NCBI GenBank assembly: GCA_038087875.1
Contig: JAXLNO010000600.1
Location: 1-64,000 of the forward strand
Direction: 5' to 3'
Source of the DNA: Malacoraja senta
Lineage: Eukaryota
Length of the DNA stretch: 64,000 nucleotides
Shown here: piece after piece, positions 49,452-61,600 of the stretch
Layout of the letters: each line of letters begins with the position of its first letter
How positions within the stretch are numbered: the stretch's first letter is position 1
Notes under the pieces: generated by a model
Seen by the model: only the letters and a program-made list of their open reading frames with translations
What the model was told of the DNA's origin: nothing
Database searches by the model: none
Translations under genes and position numbers: made by a program

Positions 49452-52400
49452 AGATCATCCATGATCACATTGAATGGCGGTGCTGGCTTGAACGGCCGAG
49501 TGGCCTACTCCTGCACCTATTGTCTATTGTCTATACATATACACATACAGGTACATACACACTGAACCTTTTGTTGGTGTTAAGTTTTGTTTAGAGATAC
49601 AGCGTGGAAACAGGCCCTTCGGCCCACCGAGTCCATGCCGACCTGTGATCCCCCGTACACTAACGCCATCCTACACACTAGGGGCAATTTACAATTTACA
49701 GAAGTCAAATTAACCGACAAACCTTGACTTTCGTTGGAGTAACCGGAGCACCTGAGGAAAATGCAGGCAGTCACAGGGAAAGGATACAAACTCAAGTCAA
49801 GAGCGTTTTATTGTGTTGTGTCCAAGATAGGACAATGAAATTCTTGCTTGCTGCAGCACAACAGGATATTGTAGGCATAAATACAGAACAGATCGGTGTG
49901 TCCATATTCCATAAAATATATATATACACACATAAATAAACAGATAAAGTGCAATAGGCTGTTATAGTTCAGAGTTTGTTTGAAGTTGTGTTTAATAGCC
50001 TGATGGCTGTGGGGAAGTAGCTGTTCCTGAACCTGGACGTTGCAGATTTCAGGCTCCTGTACCTTCTACCTGATGGCAGCGGAGAGATGAGTGTGTGGCC
50101 AGGATGGTGTGGGTCCTTGATGATGCTGGCAGCCTTTTTTGAGGCAGCAACTGCGATAGATCCCCTCAATGGACTGGGCAGTGTTTACAACTTTTTGCTG
50201 TCTTTTCCGCTACCGGTAGTCAGGATGGAACCCGGGTCTCTGGCGCTGTGAGGCAGCAACTCTACCGCTGCGCCACAGTGCCGCCGGGAACGTCCTCTAA
50301 TTCTGAGGCTGTTTCACCAGGTGACGTTTAGGTTTGGAAGCCTTCTTCATGTGGGGGTGGGGAGGGAAAGCTGAAAGAGGGGTCGGGTCCCCGCTCGATG
50401 TGACCCCTATCCATGCTCTCCAGAGATGTTGCTTGACTAGGGTGGATGGATAGAGTGGACGTGGAGAGGATGTTTCCATTAGTGGGAGGGTCAAGGACTA
50501 GAGGGCGCAGCCTCAGAATTAAAGGACGTTCCTTTAGGAAGGAGATGAGGAGGAATTTCTTTAGTCAGAGGGTGGAATCATAAGGTCATAAGTGATAGGG
50601 CAGAATGAGGCCATTCAGCCCATGAAATCTACTCCACCATTCAATCATGGCTGATCTATCTCTCCCTCCTAACCCCATTCTCCTGCCTTCTCCCCATAAC
50701 CCCTGACACATTTACTACTCAAGAAGCTATCTATCTCTGCCTTAAAATATCCTTAAAAATATCCACTGACTTGGCCCACAGCAAAGAATTCAATAGATTC
50801 ATCACCCTCTGACTAAAGAAATTCGTCCTCATCTCCTTCCTAAAGGAACGTCCTTTAATTCTGAGGCTGTGACCTCTGGTCCTAGACTCTCCCACTAGTG
50901 GAAACATCCTCTCCACATCCACTCTATCCAGGCCATTCACTATTCTGTAAGTTTCAATGAGGTCCCCCCTTCATTCTTCTAAACTCCAGCGAGTACAGGC
51001 CCAGTGCCAACAAACGCTCATCATATGTTAACCCACTCATTCCTGGGATCGTTCTTGTAAACCTCCTCTGGACCCTCTCCAGAGCCAGCACATCCTTCCT
51101 CAGATAAGAGGCCCAAAATTTCTCACAGTACTCCAAATGCGGCCTGACCAGCGCCTCAGCATTGCATCCCTATTTTTGTATACAAGCCCTCTTGAAATAA
51201 ATGCTGGCATTGAGTTTGCTCTCTGTGGAATTCATTGCCACAGAAGGCTGTGCAGGCCAAGACAATGGATATATTAATGGATTTTTATATATTTCCATGG
51301 AGGGAATGGACAGAGGTGGGAGGGTCTAGGACTCAGAATAAAAGGACGTACCTTTAGAAAGGAGATGAGGAGGATTTTCTTTAGTCAGAGGGTGGTGAAT
51401 CTGTGGGATTCTTTGCCACAGACGGCTGTGGAGGCCACAAGTCAATGGATATACTTAAGGCAGAGATAGATAGATTCTTGATTAATACGGGTGTCAGGGG
51501 TTATGGGGAGCAGGCAGGAGAATGGGGTTAGAGGGAGAGATAGATCAGGCATGATTGAATGGCGGAGAAGACTTGATGGGCCGAATGGCCTAATTCTGCC
51601 CCTATCACTTATGACCGAATGAAATTGCTGAGTTACTTACTCCCACTATTCTGTTTTAATTTCAGATTCCCAGCATCTGCAGTCTTTAACCTTCAGCGTA
51701 GTGCTGTAAATGACAGTTCCAAACGTCATCATCTGCTTTCAGCGTAATCATCACCGTCGGGTGAGGAAATAGTCCCTGACCTCAGAAAATCGTTGAGAGT
51801 TATTATTGGGCAACAGCGCACATTGGGAGCTGGTGTATGCAACGATACCCAGTGGAAGCCACACGCAAACATGCTGACTAATAACGCCACACTCCGATGA
51901 ATCATGCTGACTAAGAGCTTTTAGACTTTTCGACACAGAAGGCAGAGGTCAATTCATTGGATGTTTTCATGAGAGAGTTAAATTTCACTCTTAGAGCTAA
52001 CGGAATCAAGGGTTATGGGGAAAAAGCAGGAACGGGGTACTGATTGTGGATGATCAGCCATGATCATATTGAATGCTGGTGCTGGCTCGAAGAGATATGG
52101 ATCACTTGCAGGCAGAGGGGTTGAATTAAATTTGGCCTGTTCGGCACAGACTTCAAAGGCCGTAGGGCTTATTCCTGTGCTGTAGTGTTCTATGTTCTAG
52201 TTTTACATGGATTGGTCATTTTACTCAGTTAAAAATGGACTGAAGTCACATGTACATGTTTAGTTTAGAGGTACAGCGAGGAAACTGGCCATTCAGCCCA
52301 CCGAGTCCGCGCCAACCAGCGATCCCCTCATATTAACACTATCCTACACACACTGGTAACAATTTCCCATTATCACAAGCCAATTAGCCTACAAGCCTGT

Positions 52401-52533
52401 ACGTCTTTGGAGTGTGGGAAGGAACCGGATATCAATAGACAATAGGTGCAGGAGTAGGCCATTCAGCCCTTCGAGCCAGCACCTCCATTCAATGTGATCA
52501 TGGCTGATCATCCCTAATATCCCGGAGATTATT

Positions 52534-52776
52534 GGTAGACAAAAGTGCTGGAGAAACTCAGCGGGTGCAGCAGCATCTATGCAGCGAAGGAAATAGGCAA
52601 CGTTTCAGGCCGAAACCCTTCTTCAGACTGAAGTCTTCAGGCCTCAGTCTGAAGAAGGGTTTCGGCCCGAAACGTTGCCTATTTCCTTCGCTCCATAGAT
52701 GCTGCTGCACCCGCTGAGTTTCTCCAGCACTTTTGTCCACCTTCGATTTTCCAGCATCTGCAGTTCCTTCTTAAAC
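52534..52776. mobile_element. Palindromic mini Penelope-derived element (inverted terminal-repeat pair) with ~15-bp target-site duplication
   Basis: Arms 52534-52631 and 52644-52741; flanks atcccggagattatt (52519-52533) and atcccggaggttatt (52777-52791). Confidence 0.75.
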
Positions 52777-52964
52777 ATCCCGGAGGTTATTCCCTGATCA
52801 TCCCGGAGAAGATCCACGCAGGTCCACGGGGAGAAGGTACAAACTCCATACAGACAGCACCCGTGGGAAGGATTGAACCCGGGTCTCTGGCGCTTTAGGG
52901 CAGCAAGTCTACCCGCTGCGCCACCGTGCAGCCCAGACATGGGCACCAACCTCAGGTTTGTTGA

Positions 52965-53575
52965 TGGATTTGAGTACAGGAGCAGGGAGGGTCTACTGTA
53001 GATGTACAGGGCCTTGGTGAGACCACACCTGGAGTATTGCAGACAGTTTTCATCTCCTAATCTGAGGAAAGACATTCTTGCCATAGAGGGAGTACAGAGA
53101 AGGTTCACCAGACTGATTCCTGGGATGGCAGGACTTTCATATGAAGAAAGACTGGATAGACTCGGCTTGTACTTGCTAGAATTTAGAAGATTGAGGGGGG
53201 ATCTTATAGAAACTTACAAAATTCTTAAGGCTAGATGCAGGAAGAGTGTTCCCGATGTTGGTGAAGTCCAGAACAAAGGGTCACAGTTTAAGGATAAGGG
53301 GGATGTCTTTTAGGACCGAGATGAGAAAAACATTTTTCACACAGAGAGTGGTGAATCTATGGAATTCTCTGCCACAGAAGGTAGTTGAGGCCAGTTCATT
53401 GGCTATATTTAAGAGGGAGTTAGATGTGGCCCTTGTGGCTAAAGGGATCAGGGGGTATGGAGAGAAGGCAGGTACAGGATACGGAGTTGAATGATCAGCC
53501 ATGATCATATTGAATGGCAGTGCAGGCTTGATGGGCCAAATGGCCAACTCCTGCACCTATTTTCTATGTTTCTAT
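52965..53575 (+). mobile_element. CR1 LINE 3' fragment in AAMP intron
   Basis: ORFs 53002-53313 and 53246-53494; same subfamily as 329-727. Confidence 0.9.
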
Positions 53576-53606
53576 GGAAGGGTGGAGCAGAGACAGAGAC
53601 ACTCAC

Positions 53607-53761
53607 TTGTTCACCACAAAGTCCAGGATTTCCGCCGCGTGCCCACAACACTCGCTCTCCATCCGCCCAGTCCTGGCATCCCAGACGCGCACCACCCCGT
53701 CGAGGCTGCCCGTGTAGACGATGGCCGAGTGTTCCTCCCACACCAACTGCACGATGCCCGC
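53607..53761 (-). CDS. AAMP: AAMP exon, 155 bp (WD40 repeat)
   Basis: [51 protein letters not shown](K); ttccag acceptor, gtgagt donor. Confidence 0.95.
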
Positions 53762-53783
53762 CTGGAACAAGATGTAAGGAGAA

Positions 53784-54566
53784 ATTGAGGGAGTGCAGCG
53801 TAGGTTCACAAGGTTAATTCCTGGGATGGCGGGACAGTCATATGCTGAGAGAATGGAGCGGCTGGTCTTGTACACTCTGGAGTTTAGAAGGATGAGAGGG
53901 CATCTCATTGAAACAAGCGAATGGCATGTTGGCCTTTATAACAAGAGGAGTTGATTATAGGAGCAAAGAGGTCCTTTTGCATTTGTACATGGCCCTAGTG
54001 AGACCACACCTGGAGTATCGTGTGCAGTTTTGGTCCCCTAATTTGAGGAAGGACATTCTTGCTATTGAGGGAGTGCAGCGTAGGTTCACCAGGTTAATTC
54101 CCGGGATGGCGGGAATGTCACATGCTGAGAGAATGGAGCGGCTGGGCTTGTACACTCTGGAGTTTAGAAGGATGAGAGGGTATCTCATTCAAACATATAA
54201 GATTGTTAAGGGTTTGGACACACGCTAGAGGCAGGAAACATGTTCCCGATGTTGGGGGAAGCCAGAACCAGGGGCCACAGTTTAAGAATAAGGAGAAAGC
54301 CATTTAGAACGGAGACGAGGAAACACTTTTTCTCACAGAGAGTGGTGAGTGTGGAATTCTCTGCCGCAGAGGAGGTGGAGGCAGGTTCTCTGGATGCTTT
54401 CAAGAGAGTTAGATAGGGCTCTTAAAAATAGCGGAGTCAGGGGATATGGGGAGAAGGCAGGAACGGGGTACTGATTGGGGATGATCAGCCATGATCACAG
54501 TGAATGGCGGTGCTGGCTCGAAGGGCCAAATGGCCTACTCCTGCACCTATTGTCTATTGTCTATTG
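53784..54566 (+). mobile_element. Tandem CR1 fragments filling almost a whole AAMP intron
   Basis: ORF 53908-54228; CTATTGT tail ends 6 nt from the exon boundary. Confidence 0.9.
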
Positions 54567-54572
54567 GCTTAC

Positions 54573-54663
54573 CTGAAGCTGCCATTTGTGTCGAAGCGTT
54601 TGCGACGGGACGTCCCAGATCCCGATGGTACCGTCCAAGTAGCCAACGGCAGCGAGCGGAAGC
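54573..54663 (-). CDS. AAMP: AAMP exon, 91 bp
   Basis: LPLAAVGYLDGTIGIWDVPSQTLRHKWQLQ; cccgcag acceptor, gtaagc donor. Confidence 0.95.
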
Positions 54664-57600
54664 CTGCGGGAACCAAACAGAGGAACTAAAGATCGGGAAC
54701 AGAGACTTCAGACTTTAGGCTTGAACTTTATAGAGATACAGCACGGAAACAGGCCCTTCGGCCCGCCGAGACCTCGCTGACCAGCGATCACCCCGTACTC
54801 TAGCACTGTCCTACGCACACTAGGGACAATTTGCAATGTCACTCTGCAATTTGCAATTTGCAGAAACCAATTAACCTACAGACTGCATGTCTTTGGGGTG
54901 TGAGAGGAAACCGGAGCACCCGGAGAATACCCATGCAGAACGAACAAACTCCGTACAGACAGCACCCGTGGTGAGGATCGAACCGGGATCCCTGGCGCTG
55001 CAAGGCAGCAACTCTACCGCTATGCCACTGTGCCGCACCTTGTGCCACCGTGCCACCAGAGGGCTAAGATCAAATGTTTGATTGCAGTGCGAACTTATAA
55101 TATAATTTGGATGTTTAATTTGTTGTCATGTGCACCGAGGGACAGAGAAAAGCTTTTTTGTTGCGTGCTGTTCAGTCGGCGAGAAGACTTTACATGATTA
55201 CAATCGATTGGGACGAGCCCAGTTTGCCAACTTCGTCAGATTTAGACAGGTTTATTACAGATACAGCAGGCAGTGAAGAAAGCGAATGGCATGTTGGCCT
55301 TTATAACAAGAGGAGTCGAGTATAGGAGCAAAGAGGTCCTTCTGCAGTTGTACAGAGCCCTAGTGAGACCACACCTGGAGTATTGTGTGCAGTTTTGGTC
55401 TCCTAACTTGAGGAAGGACATTCTTGCTATTGAGGGAGTGCTGGCTTGAGGGGCCGAATGGCCTACTCTTGCACCTATTGTCCACATGCTATACAATCTG
55501 ATCAGATTTAGAGTGGCAGGCATGGTGGCGCAGCGGTAGGGTTGCTGCCTCACAGCACCAGAGACCCGGGTTCGATCCCAACTGCGGGTGCTGCCTGTAT
55601 GGAGTTTGTACGTTCTCCCCGTGACCTTCGTGGGTTTTCTCCGAAATCTTCGGTATCCTCCCACACTCCAAAGACGTACAGCTTTGTAGGTTAACAGCTT
55701 GGTATAAATGTAAAAATTGTCCCTAGTGTGTGTTGTATAGTGCAGCCAAAGGGCCTCTTTCCGCAGTATCTCTAAATTAAACTAATTAGATAATGTAATA
55801 CATAAATAAACAATAGACAATAAGTTTACAATAAACAAACTGTTCATTATACTCCAAATGCAGCCTGACCAGCGCCTGACAGACAATAGACAACAGGTGC
55901 AGTAGTAGGCCATTCGGCCCTTCGAGCCAGCACCGCCATTCAATGTAATCATGGCTTATCATCTCCAATCAGTACCCCGTTCCTGCCTTCTCCCCATATC
56001 CCCTGACTCCGCTATCTTTAAGAGCCCCATCTAGCTCTCTCTTGAAAGTATCCAGAGAACCGGCCTCCGCCGCCCTCTGAGGCAGAGAATTCCACAGACT
56101 CACAACTCTCTGTGTGAAAAAGTTTCCTCGTCTCCGTTTTTAAATGGCCTACCCCTTATTCTTAAACTGTGGCCCCTGGTTCTGGACTCTCCCGACACCG
56201 GGAACATGTTTCCTGCTATCAAGTCAATACTATCAAATCAAACTCGTCCAATAGGTAGAGCAAAGGGGAAGATACAGAGTGCGGGATATAGTTCTCAGCA
56301 TTGTAGCGCATCAGTTCCAGAGACAAAGTCCAATGTCCGCAATGGGGTAGAGGTGAATCGGACAGTACTGGTGCATGTTCCGTGTAGGGGTCTATGATTC
56401 GATGACTGTGCACTCTGTGTACGATTCCGTGACATAGAAACATAGAAACATAGAAAATAGGTGCAGGAGGAGGCCATTCGGCCCTTCGAGCCAGCACCGC
56501 CATTCACTGTGATCATGGCTGATCGTCCCCAATCAATAACCCGTGTCTGCCTTCTCCCCATATCCCTTGACTCCACTAGCCCCTAGAGCTCTATCTAACT
56601 TTCTCTTAAATCCATCCAGTGACTTGGCCTCCACTGCCCTCTGTGGCAGGGAATTCCACAAGTTCACAACTCTCTGGGTGAAAACGTTTTTTCTCACCTC
56701 AGTCTTAAATGACCTCCCCTTTATTCTAAGACTGTGGCCCCTGGTTCTGGACTCGCCCAACATTGGGAACATTTTTCCTGCATCTAGCTTGTCCAGTCCT
56801 TTTATAATTGTATTAGTTTCTATAAGATCCTCCCTCATCCTTCTAAACTGCAGTGAATACAAGCCTAGTCTTTTCAATCTTTCCTCATATGACAGTCCCG
56901 CCATCCCAGGGATCAATCCCAGTGACCTCCCCAAGAACCTCCAGCCCCAGCCTCCACATCCCACATTTATTTGACAATACACAGAGCAGCATCTGTCCGC
57001 CAAGGAACCTGGCCAAACACTGTGTACACACGACAGTTCATTACTCACCCAGCCATTGACCAAGGAACATTGACAAAGACCAGGGAAGTACCGTTAACTC
57101 TTTCTCTGACAAATCCGCCCTCGATATCTGGCAACAGTCTTAACATTAACATGCCCCCTTATTAACTCAGGGCGGCACGATGGTGCAGCGGGTAGAGCCA
57201 CTGCCTTACAGCGCCAGAGACCCAGTTTGATCCCGACTATGGGTGCTTGTCTGTATGGAGTCCGTGCATTCTTGGATACTTATATACTCTGGAGTTTAGA
57301 ATGATGAAAGGGGATCTTATTGAAACATAGAAGATTATTAAGGGTTTGGACACGCTAGAGGCAGGAAACATGTTCACGATGTTGGGGAGTCCGGAACCAG
57401 GGGCCACAGATTAAGAATAAGGGGTAACGCATTTAGAACGGAGATGAGGAAACACTTTTTCACACAGAGAGTTGTGAATCTGTGGAATTCTCTGCCTCAG
57501 AGGGCGGTGGAGGCCGGTTCTCTGGATACTTTCAAGAGAGAGCTAGATAGGGCTCTTAAAGATAGCGGAGTCAGGGGATATGGAGAGAAGGCAGGAACGG

Positions 57601-57897
57601 GGTACTGATTGGGGATGATCAGCCATGATCACATTGAATGGCGGTGCTGGCTCAAAGGGCTGAATGGCCTACTCCTGCACCTATTGTCTATTGTCTGTTG
57701 TCTATTCTCCCCTGCGTGGGTTTTCTCCGGGTGCTCCGGTTTCCTCCCACACTCCAAAGACGTACAATTTCGACCCGAAACGTCACCTGTTCCTTCGCTC
57801 CATAGATGCTGCCTCACCCGTTGAGTTTCTCCAGCATTTTTGTCTACCGAGGGTTTAAGGTGAGGCTTGAGCAAATACAAAGGCAGAATTGGCTTAC

Positions 57898-58010
57898 GCG
57901 TTACAGAATCCCACAGACTCCACGGAGTTGGAGTTAGCTTCTGCTTCATCCATTTGTTCTTTCTCCACGTGATCATTGATGCTCTTGGGAACTGAAAGGA
58001 CGCCGACCAC
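57898..58010 (-). CDS. AAMP: AAMP exon, 113 bp
   Basis: VVGVLSVPKSINDHVEKEQMDEAEANSNSVESVGFCN(A); SNSVES.GFC motif of AAMP; ccgcag acceptor, gtaagc donor. More 5' exons not found in window. Confidence 0.93.
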
Positions 58011-59533
58011 CTGCGGAGGACACAAGGAACACTTAGGGGGATTCGGGACACAAGGAGAGGAAGAGAAGACACACGCCAGGAATAAGGTCATATGGAATAG
58101 TAGAATTAGTCCATTCGGCCCATCAAATTCACTCCGCCATTCAATCACGGCTGATCTATCTCTCCCTGCTAACCCCATTCTCCTGCCTTCTCCCCGTAAC
58201 AATAGACAATAGGTGCAGGAGTAGGCCATTCGGCCCTTCGAGCCAGCACCGCCATTCAATGTGATCATGCCTGATCATCCCCAATCAGTACCCCGTTCCT
58301 GCCTTCTCCCCATATCCCCTGACCGCTATCTTTAAGAGCCCTATCTAGCTCTCTCTTGAAAGTATCCAGAGAACCGGCCTCTCTGAGTCTCTGGATTCTC
58401 TGAGGCAGAGAATCCCACAGACTCACAACTCTCTGTGTGAAAAACCCTCGACACTCGTACTAATCAAGAATCTGTCTATCTCTGCCTTAAAAATATCCAC
58501 TGACTTGGCCTCCACAGCCATCTGTGGCAAAGAATTCCACAGATTCACCACCCTCGGACTAAATACATTTCTCCTCATCTCCTTCCTAAAAGAACATCCC
58601 TTATTTCTGAGACTGTGACCTCTAGTCCTAGACTCTCCCACTAGTGGAAACATCCTCTCCACATCCACTCTATCCAGGCCTTTCACTATTCTGTAAGTTT
58701 CAATGAGGTCCCCCCCCTCATTCTTCTAAACTCCAGCGAGTACAGGCCCACTGCCGACAAACGCTCATCATATGTTGATCCACTCATTCCTGGGATTGTT
58801 CATGTAAACCTCCTCTGGACCCTCTCCAGAGCCGGCACATCCTTCCTCAGATATGGTGCCCAAAATCGCTCACAATACTCCAAATGCGGCCTGACCAGCG
58901 CCTTATAGAGCCTCAACATGACATCAATTTTAGGAAAGGTTTAGAGGACATGGGTCAAACACGGGCAGGTGAGACAAGTGTAGACGTGGCACGTGCGTCA
59001 GCATGGGCTAGCTGGGATGAAGGGCCTGTTTCCATGCTGTATGTCTGTTGCTCTAAGGGAGATAAACAGGTTAACCACAATTTGTCTATCTACCTTTCTA
59101 CGGAAGTTTTTTATGTCCCTGGGATATTCCAAACGTGTTACAGAAAATTAAATATTTTGGAAAGTTTAAGAAAGAACTGCAGATGCTGGAAAAATCGAAG
59201 GTAGCCAAAAATGCTGGAGAAACTCAGCGGGTGAGGCAACATCTATGGAGTGAAGGAATAGGTGACATTTCGAGTCAAGACCCTTCTTCAGTCTGAAGAA
59301 GTGCGGCACAGTGGTGCAACGGTAAAGTTGTTGCCTCACAGCGCCGGAAACCCGGGTTCAATCCTGACTACCGTTGCTGTCTATATGGAGTTTGTACGTT
59401 CTCCCCCTGACCTGCGTGGGTTTTCTCCGGGTGCCCCGGTTTCCTCCCACACTTCAAAAACATTCAGGTTTTTAGGTTAATTGGTTAAAATTGTAAATAG
59501 TCCCGAGTGTGTTGGATTATGTTAGTGTGCGGG

Positions 59534-60686
59534 CAAGCACGTGCCGTCAGGGAAGGCAAGGTAGGCACTGCCTACCCTGACTAAAATTATGAAACGGTAA
59601 TTATTAAATATAAATAGTAAAGGCATGGGAGAATTATACGTATCTTAATGATCGATCTCTTAGGTAGGCATAATTCTCCGTGCCTTTCAACCGCAGCACT
59701 TGCAACACGCGAAGGTCTGTGCAGCCCACGTGCTGTCGGCGCTGCTTCAAGCCGTCAATGACAAGCGGGGCTGAAGGCAGCTGAAATTCTGCCTTTGCTG
59801 TACTGTGCATGCGCAGCAGCCTACTGTGCAGGCGCAGCGCTAGTTTCTTGGCGGGTTTTTCAAATATGGATTGCCATTATTTTAAGAGTATCTTAGGAAA
59901 CAAAGAGAGTAGAATGGAGTTTGTGTACCGATAATGTGGTTAGTACATTTCTTGGTGCTATATGTTTTTAAATACCGTATTTCCCAGGGTGGGGCCCAGA
60001 AAGGGAGAATGCCTTTCACAGCCGTTGGGGAGTCTGGACTGAGGTAAAGTTGCGGGGAGGGCAGGAGCGTTGTGAAGGAGGGGATCGGGGATAGGGGATC
60101 ATGCCAGTAACCCATTTTTCGACGCTCCGGGTGCGGAGCCACTGCATTGTGGCCGGGGAGGGAAGCAGCTCGGGTGGCTGCGAGCGACCGCCGGGCCGGA
60201 CAGCGGAACCAGCTGCCATCTCAGCTCCTTCAGCCGGCCCCCGCTCACCTCTGGCATCTCTCTGTCTAAAAACCTCTCTCCTGCCGCTCGCCGGCCTCAC
60301 TCATGTCAGCCGCTTCCCGCAAATCCTTAAATTCCGACAGCGCGATTGAGGTTACTCGGCTGTGGGAATTTCAGGATTTGCGGAGAGCGGCTGACATGAG
60401 CGAAGTCGGCGAATGGCTGGTGAGAGATGTTCAGACAGAGATCACTGCCAAAGGTGAACAGGCCGGCAGAAGGCGCTGAAGTGGCGGCCAGTTCTGCTGG
60501 CGGGTCCCGGCGGCCGCTCACAGCCACCCAAGCTGCTTCCCTTCCCTGCCACAATGCGGTGGCTCCGCGCCCGGAGCGTCGCAAATGGGTTACTGGCATG
60601 ATCCCCTATCCCCGATCCCCTCCTTCACAACGCTCCTGCCCTCCCCGCAACTTTACCTCAAGGCAATCACTCACGGCACGTGCCTG
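59534..60686. mobile_element. Non-autonomous hAT-like DNA transposon inserted in a V-SINE
   Basis: TIRs caagcacgtgccgtcag / ctcacggcacgtgcctg; 8-bp TSD tgtgcggg (59526-59533) / tgtgcagg (60687-60694); SINE resumes after it. Confidence 0.75.
60040..60660. repeat. ~620-bp palindrome
   Basis: Outer 78 bp perfectly inverted; inner arms diverged; centre near 60350. Confidence 0.92.
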
Positions 60687-60794
60687 TGTGCAGGGATCGC
60701 TAGTTGGCGCGGACTCGGTGGGCCAAAGGGCCTGTTTCTGCACTGTATCTAAATGGTATCCGTATTTATATCAGATTATTATCTAAATTGTGTC

Positions 60795-61600
60795 AAGTTG
60801 GGAAAAGGGGAAGTACAACGGGAAACGGGGGTCCTTGTTCATCAGTCACTGAAAGTAAGCATGCAGTTATAGCAGGCAGTGAAGAAAGCAAATGGCATGT
60901 TGGCCTTCATAACAAGAGGAGTTGATTAAAGGAGCAAAGAGGTCCTTCTGCAGTTGTACAGGGCCCTCGTGAGACTACACCTGGAGTATTGTGTCCACTT
61001 TTGGTTTCCAAATTTGAGGAAGGACATTCTTGCTATTGAGGGAGTGCAGCGTAGGTTCACGAGGTTAATTCCCGGGATGGCGGGACTGTCATATGCGAAG
61101 AGAATGGAGCGGCTGGGCTTGAATACTCTGGAGTTTAGAATGATGAGAGGGAATCTTATTGAAACATATACGATTATTAAGGGGTTTGGATGCGATAGAG
61201 GCAGGAAACATGTTCCCGATGTTAGGGGAGTCCAGAACCAGGGGCCACAGTTTAAGAATAAGGGGTAAGCCATTTAGAACGGAGATGAGGAAACACTTTT
61301 TCACACAGAGTTATGAGTCTGTGGAATTCTCCGCCTCAGAGGGCGGTGGAGGCCGGTTCTCTGGATACTTTCAAGAGCTAGATAGGGCTCTTAAAGGAAG
61401 TGGAGTCAGGGGATATGGGAAGATGGCAGGAATAGGGTACTGATTGGGGATGATCAACCATGATCACATTGAATGGCAGTGCTGGCTCGAAGGGCCGAAT
61501 GGCCTACTCCTGCACCTATTGTCTATTGTCTATGATCACATTGAATGGCGGTGCTGGCTCGAAGGGCCGAACGGCCTACTCCTGCACATGTTGTCTATTT
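60795..61600 (+). mobile_element. CR1 LINE 3' fragment with duplicated 3' UTR
   Basis: ORFs 60954-61268 and 61159-61443; 3' UTR repeated at ~61533-61598. Confidence 0.85.

Noticed and set aside
59882..60786. ORFs on both strands sharing the peptide KWVTGMIPYPRSPP
   Set aside because: Direct consequence of the DNA palindrome.
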